From: Octopus bimaculoides
Lineage: Eukaryota
Length of the DNA: 64,000 nt
Direction of reading: 5' to 3'
Assembly (NCBI RefSeq): GCF_001194135.2
Contig: NC_068984.1
Span: 17,985,765 to 18,049,764, forward strand
In this document: positions 12,140 through 25,770 of the stretch, in pieces
Layout of the letters: every line of letters begins with the position of its first letter
Numbering within the stretch: position 1 is the first letter of the stretch
Notes under the pieces: model-generated
What the model was told of the DNA's origin: nothing
Databases searched by the model: none
Seen by the model: only the letters and a program-made list of their open reading frames with translations
Program-made: the position numbers and the translations under genes

Positions 12140-12420
12140 AAATCTTTCCAAATGAAGATTCACAAAGGAGTCTGTCCACATTGTCTGCAGACATATTGGT
12201 GCCTAACAAGACAAATATGTGACAAGCAGGCCAGGCTGCAGTGGTTGCTATGGAAATTCTGTTCTAGTTTCATAGCTGCTGTGTCCTGATTATTTCTCAA
12301 TCTCCTTTTGTCCTCAAGGTCCTCTTAGGAGGAGACAATCTGGTGAATTGTTGCATGACAAAATGCAAAACTTGTATGATATGCATAACGTACTGAACAA
12401 GATTGGCAAGAAATCAAACT
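12140..12420 (-). mobile_element. RTE (BovB-like) LINE C-terminal fragment
   Basis: Minus strand FHSNHCSLACLSHICLVRHQYVCRQCGQTPL* resembles the terminal Cys/His motif of RTE ORFs. Confidence 0.65.
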
Positions 12421-13689
12421 CCATCTTTTAAGTTAACCTTACTATTTACAGCAAAAATCTAACATTAGTTGATATTTGTGACAATTTTTTTTTTACTTAA
12501 ATAAAAATCTAATTCACATTTAAGCCCCTCTTAATTCAGGAATAACTTTTTTATATATTGCTGAATAAAAGCTTCGGTAAGGTAATAAATTAATGAAAGT
12601 AATTGCTCTCATTTTTAAGCAGCTTTCAATTAGAAAAATCCTTTCAGTTTGAATTTGGAATCAACTGGTAACTTGGAAGAAAATGTAGGAGAATGCATAG
12701 AAAATGTAATCATAAAGTCAGCTGTGTAAGACAAATTGTAAGAGGTGAAGCCCAGCATCATTCATAAGATGTCATGATTTGATTAATTACTTAACACAAG
12801 CTGTTGGGGGCTTGATTAACATTTAACACTAACCTGCTTTTGACTGCCTAATACAAAACTTCTCATTTAAATTATATTTGAATTAAAACCTAACGTTAAG
12901 GACTCTAAGGATTCTACCAAAATAATCTATAAAAATGGACTGAATTAAAACTTTTTTTTTTTTATGTTAGGACTTTTTGTCCTGTTCAGACAGACACCAG
13001 TTCAATAATTAAAAGATAGCTTATTTTAACTAAGCACTTGCATATTCATTATTTTTCAAATTAAAACAGAAAATTAATTGCAAAAGGATTAATAAGAAAT
13101 TTTTTTCCTGAAAACCTGTTAACCCTTTATTGACATCTTTCTATTAAGTCTCAATTTTCATAATAAAGATTTTAGAATACCTTAGTAAAATCTCTATTTA
13201 TTAGTAATGTGTTTGAGCAGCTAAAATCTTGATATTCATGTTATAATGGAAATTTCCAGTGAAATCTTAATACAAATATTTTAGTGTCCAATTTCATGCA
13301 GGTTGATACCGAAAAAGTTAAGAGAACTGAAAATAGCTTCTCTATTAATGTGATTTCCTATCTTATTCTCAGAACCATGTAAAATAGTCACTTATCCGTA
13401 GTTTTATAGTAGCTTAGTAGAGTGGATTATCCACAACTATAGATAACTAACTCAAGAAAAAGCATTTACACAAATATTGATTTTATATATATATATATAC
13501 ATATATATATATGCATATTTATTAAATATAGTTATTTGAACCAAATGGAATTACAGAAGCATGCTAGGAATAAACAACTTGAAAGCTGCAGAAAATGACT
13601 GTTACAAAGTACACAAATCAGTAGCAAGTCGTATATTAACATCAAAGTATTCGAAATAATGCATGTTTTTCAAGTAAATGTTCTATCTC

Positions 13690-13920
13690 CAAGAATAGAA
13701 GAGAAACATGAAGGATGCCAGTAGTCCTTTGGTTAGCAATTTATGAGTATGAGATAAAAATGTTTGAAAGGCTATTAATCTAAGTAAAGTCTTTGGTGTC
13801 TTTGTCTTAGAAGGAACGGGCTGTAAAAGTGTAGATAGCTTGGATAAAGTACTAGAATTAATTTTCAATAGGAAATGTTAGAAGATGAAAAGCTTCCTGG
13901 AAGAATATGTAAGGTTTTCA
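13690..13920 (-). mobile_element. Possible very old Penelope-like RT thumb remnant
   Basis: Minus strand IQAIYTFTARSF*DKDTKDFT*INSLSNIFISY weakly resembles PLE thumb motifs. Confidence 0.3.
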
Positions 13921-14939
13921 TATCTACAAACCAGGTACAAAGATTTTGTTTTATCTTTTAGAGTTACTAAAGTTTAGGTAATTTAGACATGTATTTGCCA
14001 GTGCAGTTGTTGGATTTCTGTAGATTTCTTAGGCATAACGTCAGACATTTTTGGGGAAATTAGATAAGATTAAATCAACTGTTTTTTTTAAAAAAATTTT
14101 AATTGGAACTATATTTATTGACTCTGGAGGGATAAAAGGCAAAGTCTACCCTAGCAGAAGTAAAGAAACATAATTATAAACTGTTATTTTGTTACATGCT
14201 CTACAGAATCCTCTAATCCACTGTTCTGTGGATAGAGCAGACTACTCTTGAAAGAATATAGAATACAGAAGACTTCTCTTTTTCCATGAATTCACTGCAG
14301 GGAAAGTGGTAGTTCGTAGCCTCTCAAATTGGATTGCTTTATAAATACCAACATATATAGAATTATTGTTGTAGAAACACCACCTAATCAAGGAGTAACA
14401 ACAGAACTGTGATAGCTTGCAAAATCTGTTTGATGTAATTGTTAAATACCTGCCTGTTCTGTCTTAAAATATATTTTTATGAATAAAAATATAATCCTTA
14501 CAATGATGGAAAATGCAGCTGAAATAATCCAGATTTAGAGGAAAATTATTAAAAAGCAAAAAAAAGAAATGATAATGGTGTAGAAAAATATTTCCATACA
14601 TAAAAGGATTAAAATAGACATTTTTTTTCTAGCATGGCTATATTAGTAACGAAAATGTTTTTGTGTTGGTGTAATAAATTAAATTTTATTAATGCTTGAT
14701 TACTGAAGTTAATAGGAAATGGCTGTAATAACCTCAGAAATGTTGGAATTAGGTGCAGCTACTTATATCATCCTCATGCCTGAGGGAATCATTAAGATGT
14801 AGGAAGCATCTTCATATTTCATAACTAACAACTGTTATTGTTCTAACAACATTACACTGGCCTGTTTTGCAATATTATTTTGAGAATCAGTTGATTTGGC
14901 TCTCATAGATTTTGTTTTTATGATTTACCACAATATATA

Positions 14940-15260
14940 TCATTACCACCGTCTGTTTTCCATGCTGGTATGGGTTGGACAGTTCAATGAGCTAGGGAAC
15001 TCAGACAACTGCACCAAATTCCTATGTCAGCTTTGGCATGATTATTATGGTTGGATCCTCCTCCTAATGCCAACCACCTTAGTGTCCCAGGTGCTTTTTA
15101 CATGGCACCAATACAATACTTGTGGAGTCACCAAGTAAAACAAAGACAGGACCCCCCCCCCCCAATTGAGGGCAGAGTAATATTGAGAGAGGTGGCTTTA
15201 TGCCAGGTGATGAGAGGTTGAAATTTGACAGACAAGAACAGGTGTTTTGCTGTAGGGAGA
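14940..15260 (-). mobile_element. Older family C-related element with a longer body
   Basis: gttttccatgctggtatgggttggacag..cctaatgccaaccac..ggtgcttttta. Confidence 0.6.
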
Positions 15261-16082
15261 TACAAAGTTACTCCAGTTGGAAAATATATAATCAGAGGAA
15301 GAAAGCCAGTGCTCATTATGCTTTTCAGGGCCTCTGACACTGGTGAATAGAACAAAAGTTGTTCTCCACCTGGAGACCTGACTTGAATACCTCCAACTGG
15401 TTGGTGATGTTAAATTGTGTGATGGTTTAAGTCTATATCACCCACATCAAAACAGAATTACAAGAGGCTTTCAACTGTTGAAAGAAAGGGCTTTAAACAA
15501 ATATTTTCAATGAACTCATATCTATGATGTTACATCCAAATGATAATAGGCCAGTCTAGGAATCCAGGTTGAATCTAAGATTCTTTAAAGTCATAGTCCA
15601 AGCAATAATGTTCATATACAATATGAAATATAATGGCATTAAATGATGATCAGATTATTGTATACAATGCTCAGGCAAACTAAAATTGAACAAAAGTAGG
15701 TAAAAGAGAGAACAGAAAACAGCAATAAGAGAAAGCAATGATAAACAAAAGTACATGTGCAGCACCCAGACTATAACATAAAAAAACAGAAAAGTGAGCT
15801 TATGAAGAGGAAAGGTGTATAGGTATGTCAAGAGTAGTGTTGGGAAATTTGGGGGAAATAGAATTTTTGCAACAGCTAATAACTGACATTGTTAGTTTAC
15901 TCCATGACTCTGCAAATTTGAGCTTGAAATGGTATTCTTAGTTTAAATGAAGGTTTTGAGAATTGAAACTATGATCTTTGATTCACTGGAATTCAGAAGT
16001 GATGAACAGGATAGTGTAAAACTAATCTCGCCAGCATGAAAATGCCTGTAAACACAAGCTCTTCAGAATGTCTCTCTCTCCC

Positions 16083-16149
<67 letters not shown>

Positions 16150-16879
16150 GCAATATAATTTCATTTTTAATTTGGTATTTCTTTCTTGTTTATCTGCTTT
16201 TCCTTCCTTAAAATTTTATTTGCTGTTGGCATCTCTTAATAGTTTCATCTCTTTAACTAATTTTTTTAAAGTTATTAACATATCTCTTTATTACTGTATT
16301 TATTGCTAACTCAGACTTTAATGTTTCAACTTTTCTATTTAAACTAACTTGTTTTNNNNNNNNNNTCTGCTTTTCCTTCCTTAAAATTTTATTTGCTGTT
16401 GGCATCTCTTAATAGTTTCATCTCTTTAACTAATTTTTTTAAAGTTATTAACATATCTCTTTATTACTGTATTTATTGCTAACTCAGACTTTAATGTTTC
16501 AACTTTTCTATTTAAACTAACTTGTTTTCGGAAGTTTATTTCATGCATTGTTACATTAAATGTCGGAGAAAGATTTGCACAAAAGAAAATTAGAAGTCTA
16601 CCAAAGTTCACTGAGTTTTATAACATTTTAAGAATGAATAAAAAAAAAACTAATCATCTTTGATTTGACTTAGCATTAATGAATGAAAAAATTTTTTTAG
16701 GAAACCAGTGACATGCTGCATTCTTTTGTGGAGTATACTTTTAAGAATAGTATTTCTTTTAGAATTTCCATACGAGTAATTATTTCATTTGGAGCTTTAA
16801 CATTGATACTGGAGGCAATAAGTATATTTTACTTGTGGGATCTGGAGGAAGGGGCAGTGCATATGTCTTGTAATAAGAG

Positions 16880-17660
16880 CTCCTAGACTGGTGAGGATGA
16901 CATTATTAATGCTCCTCTTTGTAAGTCAATAACTGCATGAAAGATATAAATCTGCAGGGAATTCCAGAGGGAAGATGTTCCAGGATGGAACAACTGGGTG
17001 TAGAGATTAGTGTAGGACTGGGAGGTTGGACAAAGCAAAAATGAGAGGCGGAGAGACAAGTAGGTTGGGAATACTTGTGTAGAGACGGCATGAACATGGC
17101 TAGCCATGAAGAGCAGAAGCCATTAGAAGAGCAGCAGAAAAAAAAAAAACGCAAAAAGCCTTGTAGGCCAGAAGTTAGGCATAAAATCACTCACACATAC
17201 TCTATCAGTCAAGTTGACTTTTTCATTTTTTAAAAAAGTTATCTTTTTTCATTTGGGATGCTGTTTAGGATGACTGTGTGCAATAGTGCCACCTTCACAG
17301 ATATAAGAGCAATAATCCATTGTGCTCCTCATCTGAACAGAGAGCTCTGTAGGGTATTGATAACTGATGGGGTTGAAGTACCTTCTAACCCTGAAAAAAA
17401 GGGTCAGTCATTGGGAGGTAATCCTGGAAATGTTAAGGATGTGCTATCACAAGAGAAATGATTGATAATGGGAAGATTTGACTTCTAAAGAGATTTTTAA
17501 GGTGTCTAACTAAATTCTGCTCATGAGTAAAGAGGTTTTGGCACTATATTTTCTTGATGATTCGCATTTGTTTTCTTGCTGTTGAAAGAGACAAGATTGG
17601 TATATACCCATTGATGGATGCTTTTGAGAGTTTTTATGGATTCAGCATGAGTTTTGACTT
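16880..17660 (-). mobile_element. CR1-like LINE, RT C-terminus and 3' end
   Basis: Minus strand: NLVSFNSKKT, ISRITSQ*LTLFFRVRRYFNP, VQMRSTMDYCSYICEG (QVRPTMEYCSHIWG-like), and YTQLFHPGTSSLWNSLQIYIFHAVIDLQ (SFIPRTSSLWNSLP-like). Confidence 0.75.
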
Positions 17661-17982
17661 TAAAAAGAAATTTTTTTTTTTGTTACCTAACAGCAACAAT
17701 AAACTATCAGAAGTAAAAAGGTAATTAAGTGGACTAATTGGTTATATTTTTATTGTTATAAAAACAGCACATCACTATTAAGGCATTGTTAGATTGATGG
17801 GTCTGCACTGGAATAAAATTCATAATGGATAAAAAGTGTAAAAAGTGTAAGATTTACTTTAGCTGTTAAATGCTTTTAATATTTTCTTGGAATTTTGGTA
17901 AATTTTGAGGGATTTAAAAAAGAAATAATAATACTAGAAGAGGGATAGTGTCCATGACTTGTGTTGAAAGGCTGATAGGTAC

Positions 17983-18325
17983 AGGTGTGGCTCTATGCTA
18001 AGTTTTTTCCCCCCAACCACGTGATTTGGGGTTCAGTCTCACTGTGTGGTACCTTGGGTGAGTGTCTATTATAGCCTCAGATCAACCAAAGCCTTGAGTG
18101 GATTTGGTAGATAAAAACTGAAAGAAGCTCGTGTGTATGCCTTTGTCTCTTACTACCACTTGACAACTGGTGTTGGTGTGTTTACATCCCTGTAATTTAA
18201 CAATTCAGCAAAAGAGCCCAATAACCTGTGCCAATCTTAAAAGAAAAAAAACATGAATACTGAGGTTGATTCATTTGACCAAATTCCTCAAGGCAGTGCT
18301 CCAGCAGGGCCAGTCTGATACAAGT
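17983..18325 (+). mobile_element. SINE family A (older)
   Basis: caggtgtggctctatgc..ggttcagtctcactg..aaagccttgagtggatttggtag..aaggcagtgctccagc. Confidence 0.8.
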
Positions 18326-19234
18326 AAATTAAAGAATGCTAACCAATACAGAGGAACTTCGTGGATAGTGAAAGCAATGAAAGATTCCACAGATTCTGTG
18401 AACTGTTTTGTGTGGTAGTGTAATGAAGGTCAAGATATTCCAAACTTCTCCAACGATCGTAATAGCCATATTATAGAAAGATTAGCGATAAAAGAAATAG
18501 CTATTAAGGAAGATCAAGCAGAAATTGAAATTTCTGTAAAAGATTTTTATTGCTGGAATGTTGGAATGTTGACAATATGATTGTCAAAACATTCTAGAGT
18601 CGTTTGAGGACAATTGAGTTTATTGGAAGAGTGTCTGAGTTATATTGGCATATGGAGAGCATCCAAGAGTGAAACAAGATACAGCCTTTGTAATCCTAGT
18701 TGTGTTAATAAGATAAATTAGTTGATTACATTTCTGTAAATATTCTTACAAAGTTCACATGTTTACTAGTATTGTCGCATTTTAGTAGTTTCTTCCTGGC
18801 TAATTTGTTTATAAGTATTTTATAGATGATCAGTCAGCTTTACTTTTATTCAAGTTGTAAGGGTACAGGTTAAAATTCCGTTGCCCCTATTCACAGCAGA
18901 GGGTAAATGGTGGTTCTGATTTAGATTCTTCTCTCCCATAGTAATATAAATAATATAATTGGTTCATCATCATTATGACTGATTTTTTCATACTGGCATG
19001 GGTTGGACAGAACTTTAGTTGGATGTCCTTCCAGACACCAATCCTTTTAATCACCTCTTACAACACACAGGGATATGGTGTACATACTATGGAAAGTGGG
19101 ATACATGCAGATAATCATTTATTATTCTAAGTAGTAAACCTCTCTGGATTACTAAGATAGTTTGTGATAATGATTTAGAATGGTTTAGTATCATTTATGA
19201 CAGGCTGTAGTGAATATAATAGTTTGTGACATAC

Positions 19235-19288
<54 letters not shown>

Positions 19289-19483
19289 GTATATATATAT
19301 AATGTATGTGTGTTATAATGGAGAAAGCTGCTTATTAATTAGGTATGTAACAGTTATTAAAAAGAAAGCAATTATTAAAGGCCTGACTTGTTTGGAAATT
19401 TTTTTATAAATTCATGTTCCAAGAAATCTCGTGTAATTTTGATTTCTGAAGTTTATTGAATATTTCAAGTTCAAGTTTTTTCG

Positions 19484-19742
19484 CTGGCATCTGCACTGGT
19501 GGCACATGAAAAGTACCATTTGAGTGTGGCCGATGCCAGTGCTGCCTAACTGGCACCCCTGCCAGTGGCACGTAAAAAGCACCCACTACATTCTCGGAGT
19601 GGTTGGTGTTAGGAGGGGCATCCAGCTGTAGAAACCTTGCCAAGTCAGATTGGAGCCTAGTGCAGCTTCCTGGCATAACAGTTCTGTCACACCATCCAAC
19701 CCATACCAGCATGGAAAGCAGACGTTAAATGAAGATGATGAT
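19484..19742 (+). mobile_element. RTE 3'UTR copy (family C) with tandem units
   Basis: ggtggcacatgaaaag../gtggcacgtaaaaagcacccactac..gttaggaggggcatccagctgtagaaacc..gacgttaaatgaagatgatg. Confidence 0.9.
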
Positions 19743-20474
19743 ATTGCATTCATTCCAGAGTAGATTTTAATGTTTCATAAACAATATTAATTCATTGCAG
19801 GTGAAAATTTTCCATTTTCATTTGCAACTGTCTCACTCTCTCTCTCTCACCTCTATTTTCATTAATGAAAATTTAATATATATTCATTTCAATGCTTTCA
19901 TTTTAAGGTTTAATTCACTATTTGAAAAACCCACAGTTTATTCTATATATGTAATATGAAAAAATTATTTATTGAATGAATGAATGCTATTAGACAAAAT
20001 AGCTGTATAACTTTGTGGCTTGATATGAGGCACAATTTCAAGAATAATATCAGTTTCCGGAGTTTGTTAAATGAATATTTTTGATCAAATGAAAATTTTT
20101 TAATATACCGGTATAATAAAAAATTAAAAAAAAATTAAGTGGTTTTGTTGGAACGCTATAAGCCTTATTATAACTGTGATCACTGCTATTTCTGGCACAC
20201 TAAACATAGCTGGATTACCTTGAAGTTTGTTTAAATAAGAGATATATTACAACTACAAAAAATTACTGAAAGAAATATTTACTAAGCAAGTGAGATTTTT
20301 TATAAACTGAAGTTTTCAGGAAAATTTATTTTCTGAACTTTTATTGAATATTTCGAGTTCACAAATTTAAATATTTGGTTCAAGATAGTTTTTAATGAGC
20401 TTTTATTGATACAATTTTTCATTTCATGTTTATTTCTTTCATTGTTTGCAGTGTTCTCTCTCTCTCTTTCTTTC

Positions 20475-20573
<99 letters not shown>

Positions 20574-20929
20574 ATCTCTCTAATATAAACACACACACAC
20601 ACACACACAGAGTCTCTGTAATGTAAACCACACACTCCAAGTTTAATTTCGTTATTACTTAAATATCACGTTAGAATTTTGCAATTCAACATGGGGCGTC
20701 CAAAAATATTTGACTGAAAAAGAACATTTAGCAGCAAAGGCATGATGGCAAAGACTGGCAACTGAATCAGATAAAACCAGGGCAAAGCAACTGAAATGAA
20801 TGTCTAAGAATATGCACGTAGACGTAGAGATGATTCTGTTTCTGCTACACATCACCAACTGCTTAGGGTATCTTGAGAGGAGAATATTCTACCCCAAAAT
20901 AAGACACTGAGTTGGCTTTCACCATCTGT

Positions 20930-21200
20930 GACTGTTCAGCTGTCTATTGATAATCAATATCAAATGGAAAGCCTTCCAAACTTCAGTGAAATAAAAACAG
21001 AATCACCAGTGCCAACAAACAGGGTGCTGAGAGCTGAAACTGAATATTTATAGCAGGAGTACAGATGAAAAAATTTCCAAACTATGAAGAATTCTGTTAA
21101 AGGATTAGCAATGAAAGCCAGTTTTGATCATTTTCAAGAATAGGCTGTGCTTTCTATTGTACAACCACATAATGCAGGGAAAGTCTTTGACAATGTTTGT
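20930..21200 (+). mobile_element. Degenerate LINE (RTE-like) remnant, linker to RT start
   Basis: ESLPNFSEIKT..NKQGA..ETEYL*AG resembles the P..EEIKxAI..NKAPG motif that precedes RT domain 0. Confidence 0.35.
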
Positions 21201-21508
21201 TCATAGTTCAAAGCTTACAGATGGGCTACTGAATTGCAATCTCTGTTGCTTTGAGGGAAGGTAAAACTTGACAAACTGCTTTTCCCTCCATAGTTGGACC
21301 ACCTTAATGTTTGTTTAAAAAAAGAGAGATTATGACTGTGATAAAATAATGAAAGCAATATTTACTAAGCAAGTGAGCACTATCATACAAAAAAAATTAG
21401 ATCTAAAATATAATTAGAATTGGGAATCAAATGTGAAAATATTAAGTGGCTAGCAGAAAACTGCCCAGAGGGCAGTCTTTCTGCTAGTATATAATAAATA
21501 TATATATA

Positions 21509-21737
21509 TCATCATCATCATCATCGTTTAACGTCTGCTTTCCATGCTAGCATGGGTTGGACGATTTGACTGAGGACTGGTGAAACCGGATGGCAACACC
21601 AGGCTCCAGTCTAATTTGGCAGAGTTTCTACAGCTGGATGCCCTTCCTAACGCCAACCACTCAGAGAGTGTAGTGGGTGCTTTTACGTGTCACCTGCACG
21701 AAAACGGCCACGCTCGAAATAGTGTCTTTTATGTGCC
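21509..21737 (-). mobile_element. Young RTE 3'UTR copy running into the 494-N gap
   Basis: Near-identical to 9566 and 46379; continues into the tandem-unit region up to the gap. Confidence 0.9.
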
Positions 21738-22744
21738 NNNNNNNNNNNNNNNNNNNNNNNNNNNNNNNNNNNNNNNNNNNNNNNNNNNNNNNNNNNNNNN
21801 NNNNNNNNNNNNNNNNNNNNNNNNNNNNNNNNNNNNNNNNNNNNNNNNNNNNNNNNNNNNNNNNNNNNNNNNNNNNNNNNNNNNNNNNNNNNNNNNNNNN
21901 NNNNNNNNNNNNNNNNNNNNNNNNNNNNNNNNNNNNNNNNNNNNNNNNNNNNNNNNNNNNNNNNNNNNNNNNNNNNNNNNNNNNNNNNNNNNNNNNNNNN
22001 NNNNNNNNNNNNNNNNNNNNNNNNNNNNNNNNNNNNNNNNNNNNNNNNNNNNNNNNNNNNNNNNNNNNNNNNNNNNNNNNNNNNNNNNNNNNNNNNNNNN
22101 NNNNNNNNNNNNNNNNNNNNNNNNNNNNNNNNNNNNNNNNNNNNNNNNNNNNNNNNNNNNNNNNNNNNNNNNNNNNNNNNNNNNNNNNNNNNNNNNNNNN
22201 NNNNNNNNNNNNNNNNNNNNNNNNNNNNNNNTTGGTAGGCGAAAAAGTAATGTCATATTTGGGCAGACTAGAAATTGGTTTTTGAGAAAGAGATTTTATA
22301 GCTAGAATTAAATATCATGAGTAAATGATTTAATGCTGAAAGCAAGCAATGAACATATAATAAAAAAAATTAAAAAAGACCAAATCAATGTTCTACTGAA
22401 TGACTTTCTGGCAAAATTTATATATTTATGAAAACATTTTATTGTTGATGTTACTTGTAAGTTAAGGTTTTAGAGAAAACATAATATTCATTCATGTTTA
22501 TAGTTTGTAGAGGAAATGAACTGTCATTTATGAGTGTTTGCCTGACATCATACCCTCACATTTATATGGCCGATAATTTCAACTAAAAAGTTTTTTATTT
22601 CTACATTTACGAAATATATAAAACTGAAATGATTTTTTTGTTTTGTTTTAGAATGTAATGAGATAGTGATTACCATTAATGCTTTATAGCACCTTTTTAA
22701 AATAAATTTTAGCTGTGTGTGTGTGTGTGTGTGTGATACCCATC

Positions 22745-23570
22745 TTTCCATCATTCTTCTGATACTACTCAGCTGCTGTTATCATTTCAAAGCAAAATTG
22801 GTACACATTTCATGCTACTTCTGCATTACCAGCTACCTCTTTCTCTCCTTGGAACTTCTGTTAACATCCGTCATTCACATTATCACTCCTTCCCACCCTA
22901 TTTTTTCAATGATCACTCCTTTTCAGTGCCTTATCTCACCCTCCCTTCTGAGCTACATCTTAAGTTTTCCATGTTTCATCATTCACACCTCATATCTGCT
23001 ATCATTTTCCACACCCTCTCATATCTGCCATCTCCACTGCCATTGCCTTCCTCACTATAGCCATCATTATGTACCTCTGACCTCTGCCTCTGTCACTGTA
23101 CATCTATCACCTGCCACTTTTACACCCTTCACATCATCTCTCTACTTTTATTTATTTACAAGCTTATGTCACTGTTGCTCTCCTCTTTCTGAACAACTCC
23201 TCTCGAAACCTTTCTACACCTCCTCCCCCTTCATACTGATATTTATACCATCACTCATACATCCACCCTTGTTCCTCACACATTCACCTCTATCTGGTCT
23301 CTAAGCTGCTGTTACTCTCTTCTCACATGTTTGAAATTAGCCCCTTCATCTACATCCTGATCCTCTGTCTGTATTCTCTCTTATATTTATTTTCTCATAA
23401 CTTGAGAGTTCACCCTGGTGTCTTGTCACCACTCTCTCTATATTCTTTCCAGCTACTCCCACTTCCATGGCTATCCCACACTATATAAGAACATCTCCTC
23501 TATAGCAAGACATCTGTGCTTGTTCCTCTGTCAAATGGCATAAAAGTCATCTCTCAACTACTACACTCAC
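22745..23570 (-). mobile_element. Highly degenerate RTE RT remnant
   Basis: Minus strand FMPFDRGTSTDVFAI, VMRK..DQDVDEGANF, EMADMR resemble RTE RT motifs. The 195-aa + strand ORF is its pyrimidine-rich antisense. Confidence 0.45.
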
Positions 23571-23609
23571 AGCCAAGGTGGCTTTACTATTTTCTTGCAA
23601 GTTTACTAA

Positions 23610-23795
23610 GCAATCTCGCATGTGCCAGTGGCATGAGAACACAGTGCACACTGTAAAGTGGTTGGTGTTAGGAAGGATATCCAACCAAAGCCAGCATTAG
23701 AGCCTGTTGCAATCCTGCAGCTTGTCAGATCTTGTTAAACCATCAGTCATACCAGCATGGAAAAGTGACATACGAGCATGGAAGATGATGATGAT
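23610..23795 (+). mobile_element. Degenerate RTE 3'UTR copy (family C)
   Basis: cacactgtaaagtggttggtgttaggaaggatatcc..accagcatgg..gatgatgatg. Confidence 0.75.
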
Positions 23796-25029
23796 ATAAA
23801 AAGACTGTCACCAAAATCCTGAATAAATTATAAAAGTTTATGATGGCAAAAGCAAGAATGAATTCTGTCATACAGACTGTAATTAGTCCTACATATAGTT
23901 AGCTTTAGATTCACTATTTTCCCTGTGTTTGTTCAGCATGACATTAATATTTATAATGCTTGCAGTGTGATACTAAATTTTATCTTAATCCTTTTTCTGT
24001 AAAGTGGATTATAAGGTTTAGGTGACTCACCAGAGTAGGGTTCTGTGGCTGGGTTTCTGTTGATATTTGACTGCAAGGGAAGGCGAATTTTAATCTTTCA
24101 AGGTGTGGACTGGAAATTTCAAGAAATAGCAAAATTTTCTACTGTTGAAATATCTGTGTACTGATAATGGAAGAATTGTTGAAAATCAAAGTAGATAATC
24201 TTAAACTCATTGCAAGTATTACAGTCTGGGCTTCAATCTTTTGGATTACAATTCTATCCAAGAGGTATTACTGTAAAGTGTCCTGAAAAGTGCATCTCAT
24301 TGATTTCCAAACTCTTGTTTCAGATCCATGAAACATATCCATTTTCACTAAATAGATTTTAAATGCGTAACATTTTTACTATAATAAAAATGTCTATACA
24401 TAGACAAGTTTTTTGCAATCAGCTAAAAGCAGCTTCCTTATTTTTATGTATCAATACTAAACCAGAAAATATTCAGTATTGACATTCTATAGAAAATGAA
24501 TTCTTGAGAGAGAATGAAAAACTATTGTAAATTTATGAAGGATAAAGAGGAAAAAAAAAAAATTAAAATATATATATATATATAAAAAAAAAACTAAATA
24601 GATTAAACTGGAGGTGGAATAATATGAATTGATAAATTGATCTGGTGATTCTATTTGATGGGAAGAAATCTTTTTGTTTTTATGTATTGTTAAAAATTGT
24701 GAATAAAGCAGCAGTAATTTCCTTTCTAGGCCTAAGCACTATGCTGAGTTGCCAGCTTTATAATATATTGTAACAAATGGAGAAATATAATTATACCCTG
24801 ATCAGGTTCACATGACCCCCCCCCCCCTCTGCTACAATCACAAACTTCCAGACCTGCTAAAACATACTAGGAAGGTAATTGGCAGAAACCTACTTACCAT
24901 TCTCATTTCATAACAAGACTGCTCTTCAGCAAAACTGAAACAGGGCACATCTTATGCATGCTGGATCATTGGGTTGCTCTGAATTGGTATATTTCCTTTA
25001 TACTAGGGTCTATTAAGTAAGGCACATGA

Positions 25030-25225
25030 CCTAAGATCATGGTTTTATTTCCCAGACCTAGTTGTGTGTTCTTGAGCCAAACACTTTAGTTCATGTTGTG
25101 CCAGTCCACTTGGCTGTAGATGAGTAACCCTGTGATAGACTGGTGTCCTGTTTAGGAGAAATGTTGTGACTTTGATCTCTTGTATGTCAGGCAACTGGCT
25201 CTATGAGTCCTGGGACTCGAGACCA
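25030..25225 (+). mobile_element. SINE remnant with a V/Meta-domain-like core
   Basis: aaccctgtgatagactggtgtcctgtttagg resembles the ccctgcgatggactggc..cccgtccaggg core of V/MetaSINEs. Domain assignment is from memory. Confidence 0.4.
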
Positions 25226-25446
25226 TAATAGCTAGGTATTGAAGATAATTAAAACTGAGGCTGTAAAAACCACCACTGCCCACCACGAAAATAAACCTAC
25301 CTATGACTATTAAAATTCTCAAGTACCATTTCTAATAGCCGTTGTGCACACACACACAACTTTAAATATTCAGATATAAGAAAATTAGGTTAATGGGAGA
25401 ATCGTAAAGTATGTAAGAACTTCCACTTGGTGAACAATATACATAG

Positions 25447-25770
25447 GCACAGGAGTGGCTGTGTGGTAAGTAGCTTGCTTACCAACCACATGGTTCCGGG
25501 TTCAGTCCCACTGTGTTGCACCTTGGGCAAGTGTCTTCTACTATAGCCTTGGGCCGACCAAAGCCTTGTGAGTGGATTTGGTAGACGGAAACTGAAAGAA
25601 GCCCGTTGTATATGCATTTGTGTGTCTGTGTTTGTCCCCCCAAACATCACCTGACAAGCGATGCTGGTGTGTTTACGTCCCCATAACTTAGCGGTCCTGG
25701 GGTCGATTTGCTCGACTAAAGGCAGTGCTCCAGCATGGCTGCAGTCAAATGACTGAAACAAGTACAAGAA
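25447..25770 (+). mobile_element. SINE family A, young, with an internal deletion
   Basis: Head nearly identical to 3831; lacks the ttcggcaaaagagacc..aataagt segment. Confidence 0.9.

Noticed and set aside
13872-13908. 37-nt exon-like segment (EMLEDEKLPGRI) with AG/GTAAGG
   Set aside because: Acceptor tract is weak and it lies within a probable antisense retroelement remnant.
16193-16528. Exact 163-bp direct duplication
   Set aside because: The copies flank a 10-N gap, so this is most likely unmerged contig overlap.
18360-18720. Coding-like purine-rich segment (54 open codons on +)
   Set aside because: No splice signals or recognisable motif in any frame; probably an unidentifiable old TE.
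20300-20635. ORFs rich in RE/SL/YI/CV/TH dipeptides (also 4896, 11022, 41495, 42932-43873, 44748, 62396)
   Set aside because: Translations of dinucleotide microsatellites.
21580-22305. Long ORFs spanning N runs (also 3570-4039, 46154-46491)
   Set aside because: Open only because N codons are not stops; the flanks are SINE/RTE UTR sequence.
22717-23304. 195-aa + strand ORF, the longest gap-free ORF in the window
   Set aside because: Low-complexity L/S/H/P composition; antisense of a purine-rich degenerate RTE strand.
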